Positions 49,213 to 61,159 of a stretch of DNA of 64,000 bases are shown piece by piece. Location of the stretch: assembly GCA_951406725.2 (NCBI GenBank), contig OX597816.1, positions 100,626,001 through 100,690,000 on the forward strand, in the 5' to 3' direction. Position 1 is the first letter of the stretch, and each line of letters opens with the position of its first letter. The translations under genes and the position numbers were made by a program. The notes under the pieces are model-generated. The model searched no databases, was not told where the DNA came from, and worked only from the letters and a program-made list of their open reading frames with translations. The stretch comes from Octopus vulgaris. Its lineage: Eukaryota.

Positions 49213-50904
49213 CAGTCAAAATGGCAAAGATTGGCCTCTGTACCAATAACACTGATGTAGGATGAGTGCAAGAGACAAGATGTGTTGTGTCCATTGAAAT
49301 CAGTGAGGATAATGACATGGTTCTGTTAACTGCTTTTACTAAATATATTTTACTGTCATGGTAACTAAGGAGGCTCTTCCTTGTTAAGTAACTAGAAATA
49401 GCAACCCAAAGTCTCTCAAATCACTCCTATCTTCAAAATAGGACATACTGGATAATGAAATAATCAGCTATGTTTGAAAAAATGTACTTATTGTTAATGG
49501 CTGCAATAATTTTGACCTTAAGTGTATTTGATCAGAGTTGATCTGGGGTTAAAAATACATATTCTATTGCTTTCACTTCACTTCATTGTTATAAAGCCTG
49601 ATTTACAAACCTCATTGATTTATATTCATGATTTTAGAAGGATTTTTTTCTTTTTACTCTCATTTTCTTTTTGTAATTCTTTGTCTATTTGTTCCTATAA
49701 TTTTAATACCTATTCTATTGATTCTGGTCCCAATTAAGTTACTTTATGTAGGATTCAAGCAGCAATAGATAGAAATTGCCTGAAGTAATTGGGTAGAGAA
49801 TTAAAGGAACAGTGAACAGAAATGCAACACAAGATCAGTAATGGAACTGAAACGACACTGAGACAGAGAAAGGCACTTGAAATTGTAAGGCATAAGTAGT
49901 TGGTTTATTTTATTGTACATGGAACGTCTATATATGACTGAAACAGTAAAATATCCTATGAGATGAAAGCAGTTTTTGCTACATCTCTCCTACAAGGATA
50001 AAAAGACAAAAAGTGATAGGATTTTTTTAACCTAAGGGATTAAGCTATAAAAATGCAGTAGATATCAGCCTACAAGGATAACTGATTTGAAGAGTTAGAA
50101 AGGAAAATGATAACTTGTTTGTAAGTGGAAATGTGCAAGTCAATCAGATGGAAGCAGAAGAGAAGAACTAATAAAACCACTAAAAATAGAGATAAAAATA
50201 CATGAATATTGCTTTAAAAAATAGAAGAGGCAAAGAACTTAGAAATCAGCAGTGATTCAATAAACTGTAAAATAAGTCTGCACCCTGACTGTTGGTTTCT
50301 GAGAACAATAAGAAGTGAAGTTTACTACTATGTAATAGCACTTCTGATCAGTAGCAGAATGCTGCCTAATTTTGGTTGTTTTACAATATTTTAGAAATTT
50401 TCACTCCCAATTCTCCTCTCACAATTTACTCACCTCTTTCTCTGTTCTATTTCCCACTTCATTTTTGTTACTCATCATTTGTCTTTTCATTTCTCTCCAT
50501 TAGTTCTAAATAATATGGTCAGATAGAAATTACAGTATCTATCTACTTGTCTGTCTATCTATCTATCTATCAATTAATCAATCATCATAATCATCTTCAT
50601 TGACTTATAATTGTGGTCATGTGTTTGTGTATGAAATAAGCAAAATATTTACATTGATATAAGTGTTAGAATAGACAAATAAAGAAATATATAGCACTAG
50701 TCTGTTTTGGTAGTGAAATTTCCATTTGCAATATTTATTGTTCAGCTTAAAAAAAATGTGGGTACACTTTTTCATTCTCACTATACTTTCTCTTGTTTAC
50801 ATTATATTTTCTAGTTAATTCTTCATATCATTTTACACAATTCATTTCTTCTTTCTACATTTGTTATATGCTTTTTGTTGCTAACACACACTCACACAGT
50901 CATG

Positions 50905-50921
50905 TATATATGCTTATATAC

Positions 50922-51018
<97 letters not shown>
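50905..51018. repeat. Long (TA)n microsatellite (others at ~9311, ~12025, ~19822, ~39762, ~51645)
   Basis: Directly visible. Confidence 0.95.
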
Positions 51019-51020
<2 letters not shown>

Positions 51021-51134
51021 AGGTGATTCAAAACGAAAAATCTATTTTTTATAAGGAACAGTTAAATAAAAGAAAAACTGATTCTCATAAAAAAATAAAT
51101 TGTTCTTGCATATGGCAACTTCTGAATCACCCTG
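51019..51134. mobile_element. Tc1/mariner-type MITE, 116 bp
   Basis: TA-CAAGGTGATTCA ... TGAATCACCCTG-TA. Confidence 0.75.
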
Positions 51135-51346
51135 TATATATATGTATATAGATACATACATACATACATATATGTGTAAATATATAATCTATACATATAA
51201 ATATGTGTGTGAATATATGTATAGGTATATGTAAATGTTTAATTTATATAGAGAGCTATATAGCTATAGACATATGAATGTGTGTATGTGTACATACATA
51301 TATATATGTATAGTTCTATATGTATATACATATGTATATGCATATG

Positions 51347-51380
<34 letters not shown>

Positions 51381-51645
51381 TATATGTATGAATGCTTCTA
51401 TACATATGTGCACGTGTGTGTGTGTTTATGTATTTATATATCCACATAAAAAGCATCCAGTACACTCTATAAAGTGATTGCCATTAGGAAAGTCATCTAG
51501 TGAGAGAAACCATGCTGAAATAGATATTGAAGCTCGGCACTGTCAGTTCCTCTTGAACTACCCAACCCATGATCATAATGCATTCTTTTGCAGGTATATA
51601 TACATACATGCATATATGTATTACATACGTGTATTTATGTAAGTG

Positions 51646-51678
<33 letters not shown>

Positions 51679-51750
51679 TATATGTGTATCAATGTATGTA
51701 TATATATGTATATATATATGTATATGTGTATATATATGTGTATGAATATA

Positions 51751-51789
<39 letters not shown>

Positions 51790-53117
51790 AATACGTATAT
51801 ATATGTATGTGTGTATATATAAAATCTTCTCATTCGCTTATCTCAATACCACAATTTTACTATTTCAAAAATATTGTATTAGATATTCTGTTTCAGTTAA
51901 TTTTCTTTGTACATTATTCCTTTTCAATTTTTTCTCCTCACTTTAATTATCTTCCCCTCCAATTGCATTTCTTTAGTGTGTTATATTGATGTTAATTAAC
52001 AGATGCATATCACACTTAGTAATCTGAATAGCCCCACATACCCCTCCCTACAATACAAACAATGATCTACAGAAGTGAATAAATCATATGAGGGAGAGGG
52101 GGGGGATAACAGCAAAGAAGTAATGCCACTATAGAATAGGAAGCTAGATTTTGGATGCTAGTATTTTGATGTAGGGTGTCGAATAGATTTAATCTCACTA
52201 AATACTGTCATACACAATCAAATAAATATACATACATAAATATCTTCATACACATGTACAGAACATAAATCAATCACTATTAAACGTACTCTAGTATTCA
52301 ACTAGAATTCTTCTTTTTTCATTACTTCTGGCAGAGAATTCAACTAGGTATGATTTTTCTATAGGGCTACTACTGCTATCTATCCCATCAATAGATTTGT
52401 ATTTAAAATGATACTGCCCCAACCATCATATAATAAATTAAGGAGAAATGTTAAATGCTCCTTATACAAATACATACTCATACACTTGAAAAAATACCTC
52501 ACAACGGGTTTTATATAAAGAGGAAAAGAACACTTTTTTATACATGGGAACTCTATTTTTCTATCAACTGGATACTGTGTGTTATTACAAAAACACACAG
52601 GATGGATGTTTTACTAGGATGTGTGACTTCAGAGGATGGAAACTCTCTACATAACACAGACAGTCAAAGGCTATGTCACATTTTACAGTGTGACTGTATA
52701 TCTAAGGTAAGAAAAACAAATTATTGTACATTTGAAATGTACATAATGGAGGGTCCATAGATGTCACTTCAACCATACATACCAGCATAAACATGCATTG
52801 GATGACAAAAATGTTTATGTAAATATACATAACTGGTGATATCTGTATGTATTCAGGTGTACTTGTATGTGTGCGTGTGTGACATATATAAGTATAGATA
52901 GCTTGATAGATAGATAGATAATATATATATATATACACATATATGGGAGAGAGAGAGAGAGGGACAGACAGACAGAGAGGTGGGTGTGTTCTTGTATACA
53001 GTACTCAGGTGTGTTTGTATATGTATGTGATGTATGTTTATATATCTATGTATATGTATTTATGCATCTACATAAGTATGTGTATGTGTTTTTGTGTATT
53101 TATACATATATCTTTCA

Positions 53118-53310
53118 CTTTTTACTTCTGTCAGTCATTGAGCTACAACCACACTGGGACACTGCCTTGAAAGGTCTTAGTCAAACGAATTGACCCCAGT
53201 ATTTATAATTTTTTAAGCTTGGTACTTATTCTAATGATTTCCAATGCTTAATTGTTACATTCAGAGGATGTAAACACATAATCACTAGCTGTCAAGCAAT
53301 AGTGGTGATG
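53118..53310 (-). mobile_element. Diverged SINE 3' half (related to 734 family)
   Basis: GACCCCAG..GGTACTTATTCTA..GGATGTAAACAC..GCTGTCAAGCAAT mirrors ~955-1130. Confidence 0.65.
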
Positions 53311-53815
53311 GGCTAAATAGTGATACTCACACAACCATGCCTCCACCTATGATATAATATACATCTTTTTTCATCCCTAACTGGTGACTGGAGAGTGGGG
53401 CTGTACTCTCAGCCAATATCTTGCTGTGCTTGCATATACATGTGTGTATGTGTATGTATGATAACATATTTAATAAATATATAAATATGAATGTAATAAA
53501 TGCACACACACACAAGTGTATGTAAATATGTTCATACATATGTATATATCGATGCATATTTATTATATATAAATATATGTATATACAATTCATGTTTAGT
53601 AATATTATGTATGCATGTATCTGTATGTTTGTCTCTATATATGCATACATGTATATGTATACAAGTTTATATACATACATATATACAGACATGTATATAC
53701 ACATACAGCTTTATATGTATTCAAATATATATATTTGTGTGTGTTTATATATGCGTAGATTTATGTTTGTGTATATATACAGTACATATATATGACATAT
53801 CAGTTGCCAGTGTGT

Positions 53816-53850
<35 letters not shown>

Positions 53851-54189
53851 TTCATCATCGTTTGACATCTGCCTTCCATGCTGACATGGGTGGGACATAC
53901 ACACATCATCATCATCATTTAACGTCCGTTTTCTGTGCTGCGCATATACAAACACTGATCCTGATCAGCTAGGTGTATCTGGATTGTGACTGTTATTCAA
54001 TGCTACTCCTTTATCACTGATTCTACTTGTGGTTTGCCTTAATTGTACACATGTCTCTGGATTGCTCATTCATTTACTTACAAATTGAATTCACTAGCAA
54101 TTGAAGTGATTAAACAACTAAATCGTAATCATCAATCGTGTCAAAATATATACATATGTGTGTGTGTGCACGCGCACGTGTGCATGTAA

Positions 54190-54600
54190 TTGGTACAGAC
54201 ATGGTTATTTAGATAAGAAGTTTTATTCCTAGCCACATGGCTTCTGTGCTCCATTGTAGCATCTTGGGTACGTGCCTAATACCCTCACACTGACCAAATC
54301 CTTGTTTGGATGTGGTAGACAGCAACTGAAAAAGACTTGTATATGTGTGTGTGTACATCACATACTAAAATATATATATACACATGCACACATGTTTGTG
54401 TGTATGTTTGTATCACCTTTTGTATCACCTTTTCTTGACATTACAAAATAATTGCAATGTCAGCTGTTATTCATTTCCAATTTACTGTGAAAATGGGTTC
54501 AACCAGGAAAAATATTACTTCGCTTGGAAACAGAGAATTGGCAACAGGAATAATATCCAGCTTTAGAAAATTTGCATCAACATATTCAGTCTCACCCATG
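54190..54600 (+). mobile_element. Diverged tRNA-derived SINE
   Basis: CCACATGG..GCATCTTGGG..TGACCAAATCCTTGT..GGTAGACAGCAACTGAAA, microsatellite, tail with TTGGAAACAG..TTGGCAACAGGAA..ATCCAGC. Confidence 0.65.
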
Positions 54601-54839
54601 GTGGTGAGGATTTATATATACACACCTATGTTATATCTGTATATGTTATACATCCTCATTATATATGTGTGTGTCTGTAGAGACATATGAATGCATGCAC
54701 ACACTGATAAATATATATACATATGCATATGTGGTATCTATGTATTTAATACATATACATTTCAATATATGTTTCAATAAATGTGCAACTATATCCAAAT
54801 TTACTCCTTTATATTTAGATTTTTCATACTTCCTTAGTT

Positions 54840-55630
54840 TTTTTGGTTCTTGGTTTTCTTTTTACAGTTGTTTTGAAACAGTAGAACTCCTAAATTCATA
54901 TTCAATATTTCTAGAACTTCACAGTCTCATTTTCAAGAATTGAATATATTTGGAATTTGTGTAGATTTTCCTGCCAATGATTTTTCTGACCATCAGCTTC
55001 ATGCATTAGTAGTCACATGTTGATTTGTTTGTTGTAGTAAAATTTTTGGTTGTTCTTTTTTATATGTTGATAATAATGTGTTAATTTTTATGGTTTTTGT
55101 AATTAATCATCTGGTTTTGTGTGGAAATTTATAAATTACATCTCTCCCATGTAAGTTCAACATGCACTGCAGCATGGAGCTGTTGTACATCATTATAGCA
55201 CATCCCATAAAATAAAATGAAATTAGATAGGAAAATACTAGTGAAGAATACTTACATACATCGTAATATACCACACAAAAACAAAAGACTGACTATAGAA
55301 ACCAAATTCCTATTGTAGTAAATTGCCAAAACATATGCATCAAAGCATTAACACACAGCTACTGACATTAAAAAATAAAAAAAACCTAACTGTTAAAATT
55401 TGACCATAACAAACAAATCAACATATGACTTCTGATGCATGAAGATAACAGTCACAAAACCTTAGGTGGCAAAGTCTACATGAATTCAACTAAACTAAAC
55501 TGAAACACAACAATTCCAAATATATTAGATTCTTAAAAATAAAACTGCTTATGTCTGGAAGCATCAAATAGGAATTTGAGACCTCTACTTTTCCAAACCA
55601 ATTGTAAAACACTATCAAGAACTTGGAAAG
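54840..55630. repeat. Old diverged inverted repeat (arms ~54840-55100 / ~55330-55630), MITE-like
   Basis: CTTCATGCATTAGTAGTCACATGTTGATTTGTTTGTT (~54997) mirrors AACAAACAAATCAACATATGACTTCTGATGCATGAAG (~55408); flanking similarity continues. Confidence 0.7.
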
Positions 55631-55772
55631 GTTCTAAAATTAAAAAGCTAAATTTTGAACATAGTCAAGTTTTATCTTTCTTATATGAAAAATAAATAAA
55701 TAAAATTTGAACATAGTTATACATTTAATGAAACATGCAGAAAAGAAAAGCAGTTCCCCACATATAAAAACA

Positions 55773-55815
<43 letters not shown>

Positions 55816-56065
55816 CACTATATATGTATATATACATATACATAAAGTAACAAAATAAGGAAAGGAATTCCTTCAAAGGGGTGTGTAAAACATCCAATTC
55901 ACAGGTATGTCAGTTGAATACCGCATAAATATAGATATAATGCAAATTACAAACAATAAGTTAAATAGAGAGATTCAATTGACAATCCAATAGTTTATTT
56001 ATATTAAAATATAACATAATAGACTATGAATACAATATAAGGTAGCATAAAAAACCATTAAAAAG

Positions 56066-56157
56066 CCAAAAGAGCCAACAATTTGTTTCAACTTATATAT
56101 ATTATTTGATTTATAAACAATTCTTATCCACTTATATAAGTCTCTTCAGAGCTTTGG
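56066..56157 (-). ncRNA. Type I hammerhead ribozyme, complete core (antisense copy)
   Basis: On - strand: CCAAAGCT-CTGAAGA(56149-56143)-GACTTATATA..TATATAAGTT-GAAA(56089-56086)-CAAATT-GTT(56079-56077)-GGCTCTTTTGG. Confidence 0.75.
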
Positions 56158-56330
56158 TTTAAAGACAGACAAAATTCTGTGTAAAAGGACAGCTGAACTG
56201 GAGAAAAATTAATTCAAAATAGTAGGTACTTGTCCAAGAACTGAACCTGAAACTACATGTTGGGAAGCAAGATCCTTAACCATACCAAAAAGCCTCTACA
56301 TCTGTGTGTGTGTATGTATGTGTCTGTAAA

Positions 56331-56423
56331 CCAAAGCTCTGAAGAGACTTATATAAGTGGATAAGAATTGTTTATAAATCAAAATAATATATATAAATCG
56401 AAACAAATTGTTGGCTCTTGTGG
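56331..56423 (+). ncRNA. Type I hammerhead ribozyme, complete core
   Basis: CCAAAGCT-CTGAAGA(56339-56345)-GACTTATATA..TATATAAATC-GAAA(56400-56403)-CAAATT-GTT(56410-56412)-GGCTCTTGTGG; stem III is near-palindromic AACAA.A.TTGTT. Confidence 0.75.
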
Positions 56424-56489
56424 TTTTTTAATGATTTTTATGGTATCTTATATTATATTCATAGTATATTATGTTATATTATAATATCT

Positions 56490-56520
<31 letters not shown>

Positions 56521-56575
56521 ACACATACACCTCCACATGCATGTGCATACACACACAGATATAAACATGTTTGAA

Positions 56576-56870
56576 TGGTTAAGAACCTTGCTTTCCAAAC
56601 ATGTAGTCTCAGGTTCAGTCCTTGTGTAAGTACTTTCTATTATTGTCCTGAGCTGACCAAAGCCTTGTGAGTGAATTTGATAAATAGAAACTGAATGAAG
56701 CCCATCATGTGTGTGTGTACTTGTCTTTACATTACATGATGGTTATAAATGTGTATCACCATCATACAAACATTGTTGGTCATTTACAGTCTTCTGTGGA
56801 AATAGTACATTGCTTGGAAACAGGAAAATCTGTCATAACAAATTCTGACTCAGGGAAAAATGGACATGAA
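56576..56870 (+). mobile_element. tRNA-derived SINE, diverged; inverted head copy at 56226-56282
   Basis: TGGTTAAGAACCTTGC..GGTTCAGTCC..GACCAAAGCCTTGTGAGTGAATTTG..GAAACTGAATGAAGCCC matches the 734 head. Confidence 0.8.
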
Positions 56871-57162
56871 AATTCTAGAATGCATTTATGGCCTAGGTAA
56901 TTTACATAGATTAAACAACAAGCTAAGATAGAGAACTTAGAGTAGCCAGTGACACCTCTACGGACAGCAAAGGAAAATATAGCTATATCAAATACCTTAC
57001 AACATAAATTCTTGCCTTATTGAAATTATCTCCCTCTCTAGAAGTTGTGTCAACATTACCAAATGGTTGCTAAGGACAGCTCCATATGAGAAGGAGAGAT
57101 CATCTCAAGAACCAGTATATATATATATATATATATAATATAATATAATATAATATATGATT

Positions 57163-57430
57163 TGTGAAGGCTTTGGCCTAGTTGTTAGGCTGTTGTACTT
57201 ACAATTAATAGATCAAGGGTTCATTTCCTGGACTGGGTAGCATGTTGTGTTCTTGAGCAAAACACTACATTTCAGATTGCTCCAGTCTCCCTTTCAATTA
57301 AGGTGGGATGCTGATGTGTTCGTCTAGTCAACTGGGTGTCGTCATTTGAAGGATAAAACTATGCAAATGCACTGTGATCAGTGATGTGTAACAAAATGTG
57401 ATAGTCTGGTTGCTCACATGATGATCACAT
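57163..57430 (+). mobile_element. Diverged tRNA-derived SINE (family of 33140)
   Basis: GTGAAGGC..TGGCCTAGTTGTTAGG..GGGTTCATTTCC..GTTCTTGAGCAAAACACTACATTTCAGATTGCTCCAG. Confidence 0.7.
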
Positions 57431-57433
57431 GAT

Positions 57434-57574
57434 ATATCATTTAATGTACACTATATAAAGATATGAGCTTCTAATAGTTTCTAGCTTAGGAGACGCATAC
57501 CTAGGTAGGTTTTTATAACATGCCTAGAAACGGTTAGTTTTTCATATCTTTATACTGTGTACATTAAATGATAT
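57434..57574. repeat. 141 bp hairpin/MITE-like inverted repeat
   Basis: ATATCATTTAATGTACACTATATAAAGATATGA mirrored with two mismatches; inner GTTTCTAG/CTAGAAAC. Confidence 0.85.
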
Positions 57575-57639
57575 TTATCTCTCACTGGATGGAGTACTTC
57601 TTTTGTTGATCTTACCATAACAGAACAGTAAACTATATA

Positions 57640-57790
57640 TCATCATCCTCATCATCCTTTAACATTTGTTTTCTATGCTGGCATTGGTTGGACAGTTTGA
57701 CCAGAACTGGGAAGCTGCACCAGGTTCCAGTCTGATTTGGTTTGGTTTCTATGGTTGGATATCCTTCCTAATAATATCAACCACAGTGCT
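57640..57790 (-). mobile_element. Diverged RTE-type 3' tail (similar short tails at ~51465-51575 +, 53850-53940 -, 60190-60350 -)
   Basis: CATCATCC..TTTAACATT..TTTCTATGCTGGCATTGGTTGGAC..GGATATCCTTCCTAAT. Confidence 0.7.
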
Positions 57791-57924
57791 CCTGATGATA
57801 TGAAATTAAAGCACCTACTCATGTATCACTCCAAAAATCCAAGAACTTTGAAGGGATATGCAATGTTTAATTTACCTAAGCTTTGGCATTCATTTAAGAA
57901 GTCCTACATGACATATATATAATA

Positions 57925-59200
57925 TTTCAAATAAAACATTTCTCCTTTTAGACAAATTAACAAACCACCATGGGCGTAGAATGTATACCTGACAATACAA
58001 CTTCTTTGCTCCAGCCAATGGATCAAAGTGTAATAGCTAACATCAAGGCATATCAGCTGAGAAGGACTTTCAAACATCTAAAATGAAACCAAAAGACAGA
58101 GAGAAAAAACTTACAGTTCTAGAAGACTTTTAGACATTTAAAATATTGCATGTTGTAGATAATATTGCTAAGTGTTGGATGAAGTGAAACCCTCACCTTT
58201 GAACTATGTTTGAAAAAATATATGGCCAGGCTTTATTTCTGACATTACCACTTTTCCACAAGCAGAAAATGTGCATCAAATTCAGAAAGATATTCTAACA
58301 CTTGCTAATCATCATCATCATCATCATCGTTTAACGTTCGCTTTCCATGCTAGCATGGGTTAGACGGTTCAACTGGGGTCTGGGAAGCCCGAAGGCTGCA
58401 CCAGGCCAGTCAGATCTGGCAGTGTTTCTACAGCTGGATGCCCTTCCTAATGCCAACCACTCTTTGAGTGTAGTGGGTGCTTTTTATGTGCCATTGACAC
58501 AGGTGCCAGACAAGGCTGGTGAACGGCCACGCTCGGATGGTGCTTTTTACGTGCCTCCAGCACGGAGGCCAGGCGAGGCTGGCAATGGCCACGATTGAAT
58601 GGTGTTTGTTATGTGCCACCAGCACAGAGGCCAGTTGATGCAGTGCTGGCTACAGCCACGTTCGGATGGTTCTCTTATGTGCCACCGGCACTGGTAACAC
58701 AACTACAAATTCCATTGATGTTGATTGATTTTGATTTTTTGATTCTCACTTGCCTCAACAGGTCTTCACAAGTAGAGTTATGTGTCCCAAGAAGGAAGGT
58801 ATGCACCGGTGGACTGACTACGTCCCAGGTAGGGGCCACGGGTTATGGCCTCACTTGTCCTGCCGGGTCTTCTCTAATGATGTAAGGTTTGAAGAAGTCG
58901 TAGAGTTTTGAGGTGATTGAATTGTTAATGGCCCACTGATAAAGTTTACCTAAAAAGGAGCTAATATTGTGAGAACAAATACAAGCTGAGAATACAAAAA
59001 GTCCACTAAATCTACTTAAATTAGCAGCAAAGATTATTGCTAAAGGCTTGGCACTTAGAGGTCAGTCTGCAAGGTTTTGTTGATAACAGTCTTAATCATG
59101 AATGTGATGTAAGGGAACATTACAGGGAGCTCCCTTTCTACACTGAGATGTATAATGAGATGATATAAGCATCAAATAATTTTAGATATTTTCTTCACCT
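57925..59200 (+). mobile_element. Decayed Tigger/pogo transposase fragment, split by the insertion at 58310-58872
   Basis: NKTFLLLD..VECIPDNTTSLLQPMDQSVIANIKAYQLRRTF..ILHVVDNIAKC../DEVKP..IWP; resumes LAN|DVRFEEV..EVIELLMAH after the insertion. Confidence 0.8.
58310..58872 (-). mobile_element. Longest RTE-type 3' end in the window (four repeats plus upstream 3' UTR), short TSD-like CTAAT on both sides
   Basis: (CAT)n tail at 58310; extends to reverse complement of GAGAAGACCCGGCAGGACAAGTGAG; flanks CTAAT|CAT and TCT|CTAATGAT. Confidence 0.9.
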
Positions 59201-59417
59201 TCTCAAGTTGATGTTGATAATGATATGTTAGAAAATAGTGTCCCTCATCCTCCTAGTAACTTGCATTCCACAACCACCACCTCTCAAACAACAGTCAACA
59301 TTTTTTGTACCTTATCATAATATGATTCCTATTTATCCCCTAACATATTTCTCTTCAAGTACTTTTATGCATTTTGTATGTGTATGTATATATATATATA
59401 TATTGTGTGTATATAAA

Positions 59418-60187
59418 CACACTAATATTAAAAATACTTCTTGTGAACGTGACCTGGGCATTACTGTCAGCAGCTATTTGCACTGGGCAAAGCATGTCTC
59501 TAAAATTGTCAAGAAGGCCAAAGGCATCTTGCATTCATTCAGCAAGAGCTTTGTCAGCTGCTCTCCAACTATCTATTTAAGGCTGTATATGGCTATGGTG
59601 CAGCCACACTTGGAATTTGTATCACCAGTCTGGAACCCCTATCTTATTCAGAACATTGACCTCCTGGAAACTGTTCAGAGACATGCAACCAAGCAAATAC
59701 TCTCCATCAGGCATCTACCATACTCTGAATGCCTTGCCTCCCTGAGCATGGAAATGTTGAAGCTCCAACATCTGCAACTGACTTGGTAAACACCCACAAA
59801 ATTATCAACCATCGTGCCAACAACAACCTTGAGCACCTTTTTGAATTCCATTGTCTAACATGCATAGGAATGCCTACAAGTTAGAAAATAGCACAGCTCC
59901 CATGGCTTTCAGAAACAGTTTTTACAATCAGAGTTGCTGAAGCATGGATAAACTACCTGCGTCAATTGTTAGCTGCTGAGATATTGCATCCTTTAAAACT
60001 TCCATGCTTCCTGAAATTCGCCAAGACTACACCTGATACCCCTTGCTCCATACATATACACACATGTATATCATGACTCATACACTGTTCACTTTCCTGA
60101 CATTTGTTCATTATTCTGTGTACTACATGTACCTTTCATAAGTTGTAGTGCACCTGAGCACTATACATAATTATTATTATTATTATA
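59418..60187 (+). mobile_element. CR1-clade LINE 3' end with (ATT)n tail
   Basis: ERDLGITVSSYLHWAKHVSKIVKKA..LYMAMVQPHLEFVSPVWNPY..LETVQRHATK; later FTIRVAEAWINY-like motif; ends TAATTATTATTATTATTAT. Confidence 0.9.
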
Positions 60188-61074
60188 AAATCATCATTTA
60201 ATGTCCACATTTCATGCTACATATTGGACAGTTCAACAGAATCTATTGAGCCAGAGGACTGTGTTGAGCTGAAGTGGATGTCCTTCCTAATGCTAATCAC
60301 TTACAGTGTTCTAGGTGCTTTCTTCATGACACCACCTCACCAAGTAACTCATAGAGCAAGACCCCTTGACTGAATGGAGGTTAGTATCAAGGATGTGACT
60401 TTGTGCCAGGAGCTGAAAGGCAAAATTATGATCGAGAGACAAGAACAAGTGTCTTGCTGTGGAGGAAATACATGGCTGCTCAAGTGGGAAAGAAAGAGAA
60501 GATGATGGTGAGGAAGTATCAGTTCATACACTAGTACAAGAATGTAAGTATAATCAAGGATCAAGAAGTGCAAGCAGCTAAGTTTTTAAAAGTGTAAAAG
60601 ATGAGTGACAGATGGTTATAGGTGGAGATAGATATGAATGCAGTGAATGAATAACATGCATGGAAACATGGTCAATGTTGAATATCAGTTTGGCAGGGAA
60701 AATAAAAATAGGTTAGGAGATAAGTGATTACACAGAAGTTGGGTGGAGAGTAGCTGTATAATAAAGCTGTAGTTGGATGAGAAATAGGGGGCTGATGTGA
60801 AGTGAGAGAGAGAGAGAGAGATGCATATTGACTAATGGGAATCAGAGGTGTATGAGAGTGGATACGGTGAGTGACATACGAAGATGCTGGCAGTGGTGGT
60901 TGTTGTTGATGGCAGATATAAGAAGCTACTCAGGAGAAATGGCCATTCAGTGGAAAATAAAGTAGTAAGGAATGATATTGAGAATGTGGGATGGATGACG
61001 AAAGGAAGTGGCTCCAAGGTAAGGTATAACTTGTAACACAAAATATGTGCAGTTCTACCCCCATCTCTCCCCAC

Positions 61075-61124
<50 letters not shown>

Positions 61125-61159
61125 CTAGCAATGGCCATGAGAAAAGCAGGATATTTGTA

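Larger units (their letters stand above)
56001..56487. mobile_element. Inverted PLE-type pseudo-LTR pair (arms 56001-56160 / 56328-56487), each with a hammerhead ribozyme
   Basis: ~160 bp reverse-complement arms with few differences; HHR cores in both. Confidence 0.8.

Noticed and set aside
49900-50290. Possible decayed LINE endonuclease region (also 60540-61010, minus strand)
   Set aside because: Too degenerate to support by eye; needs a profile search.
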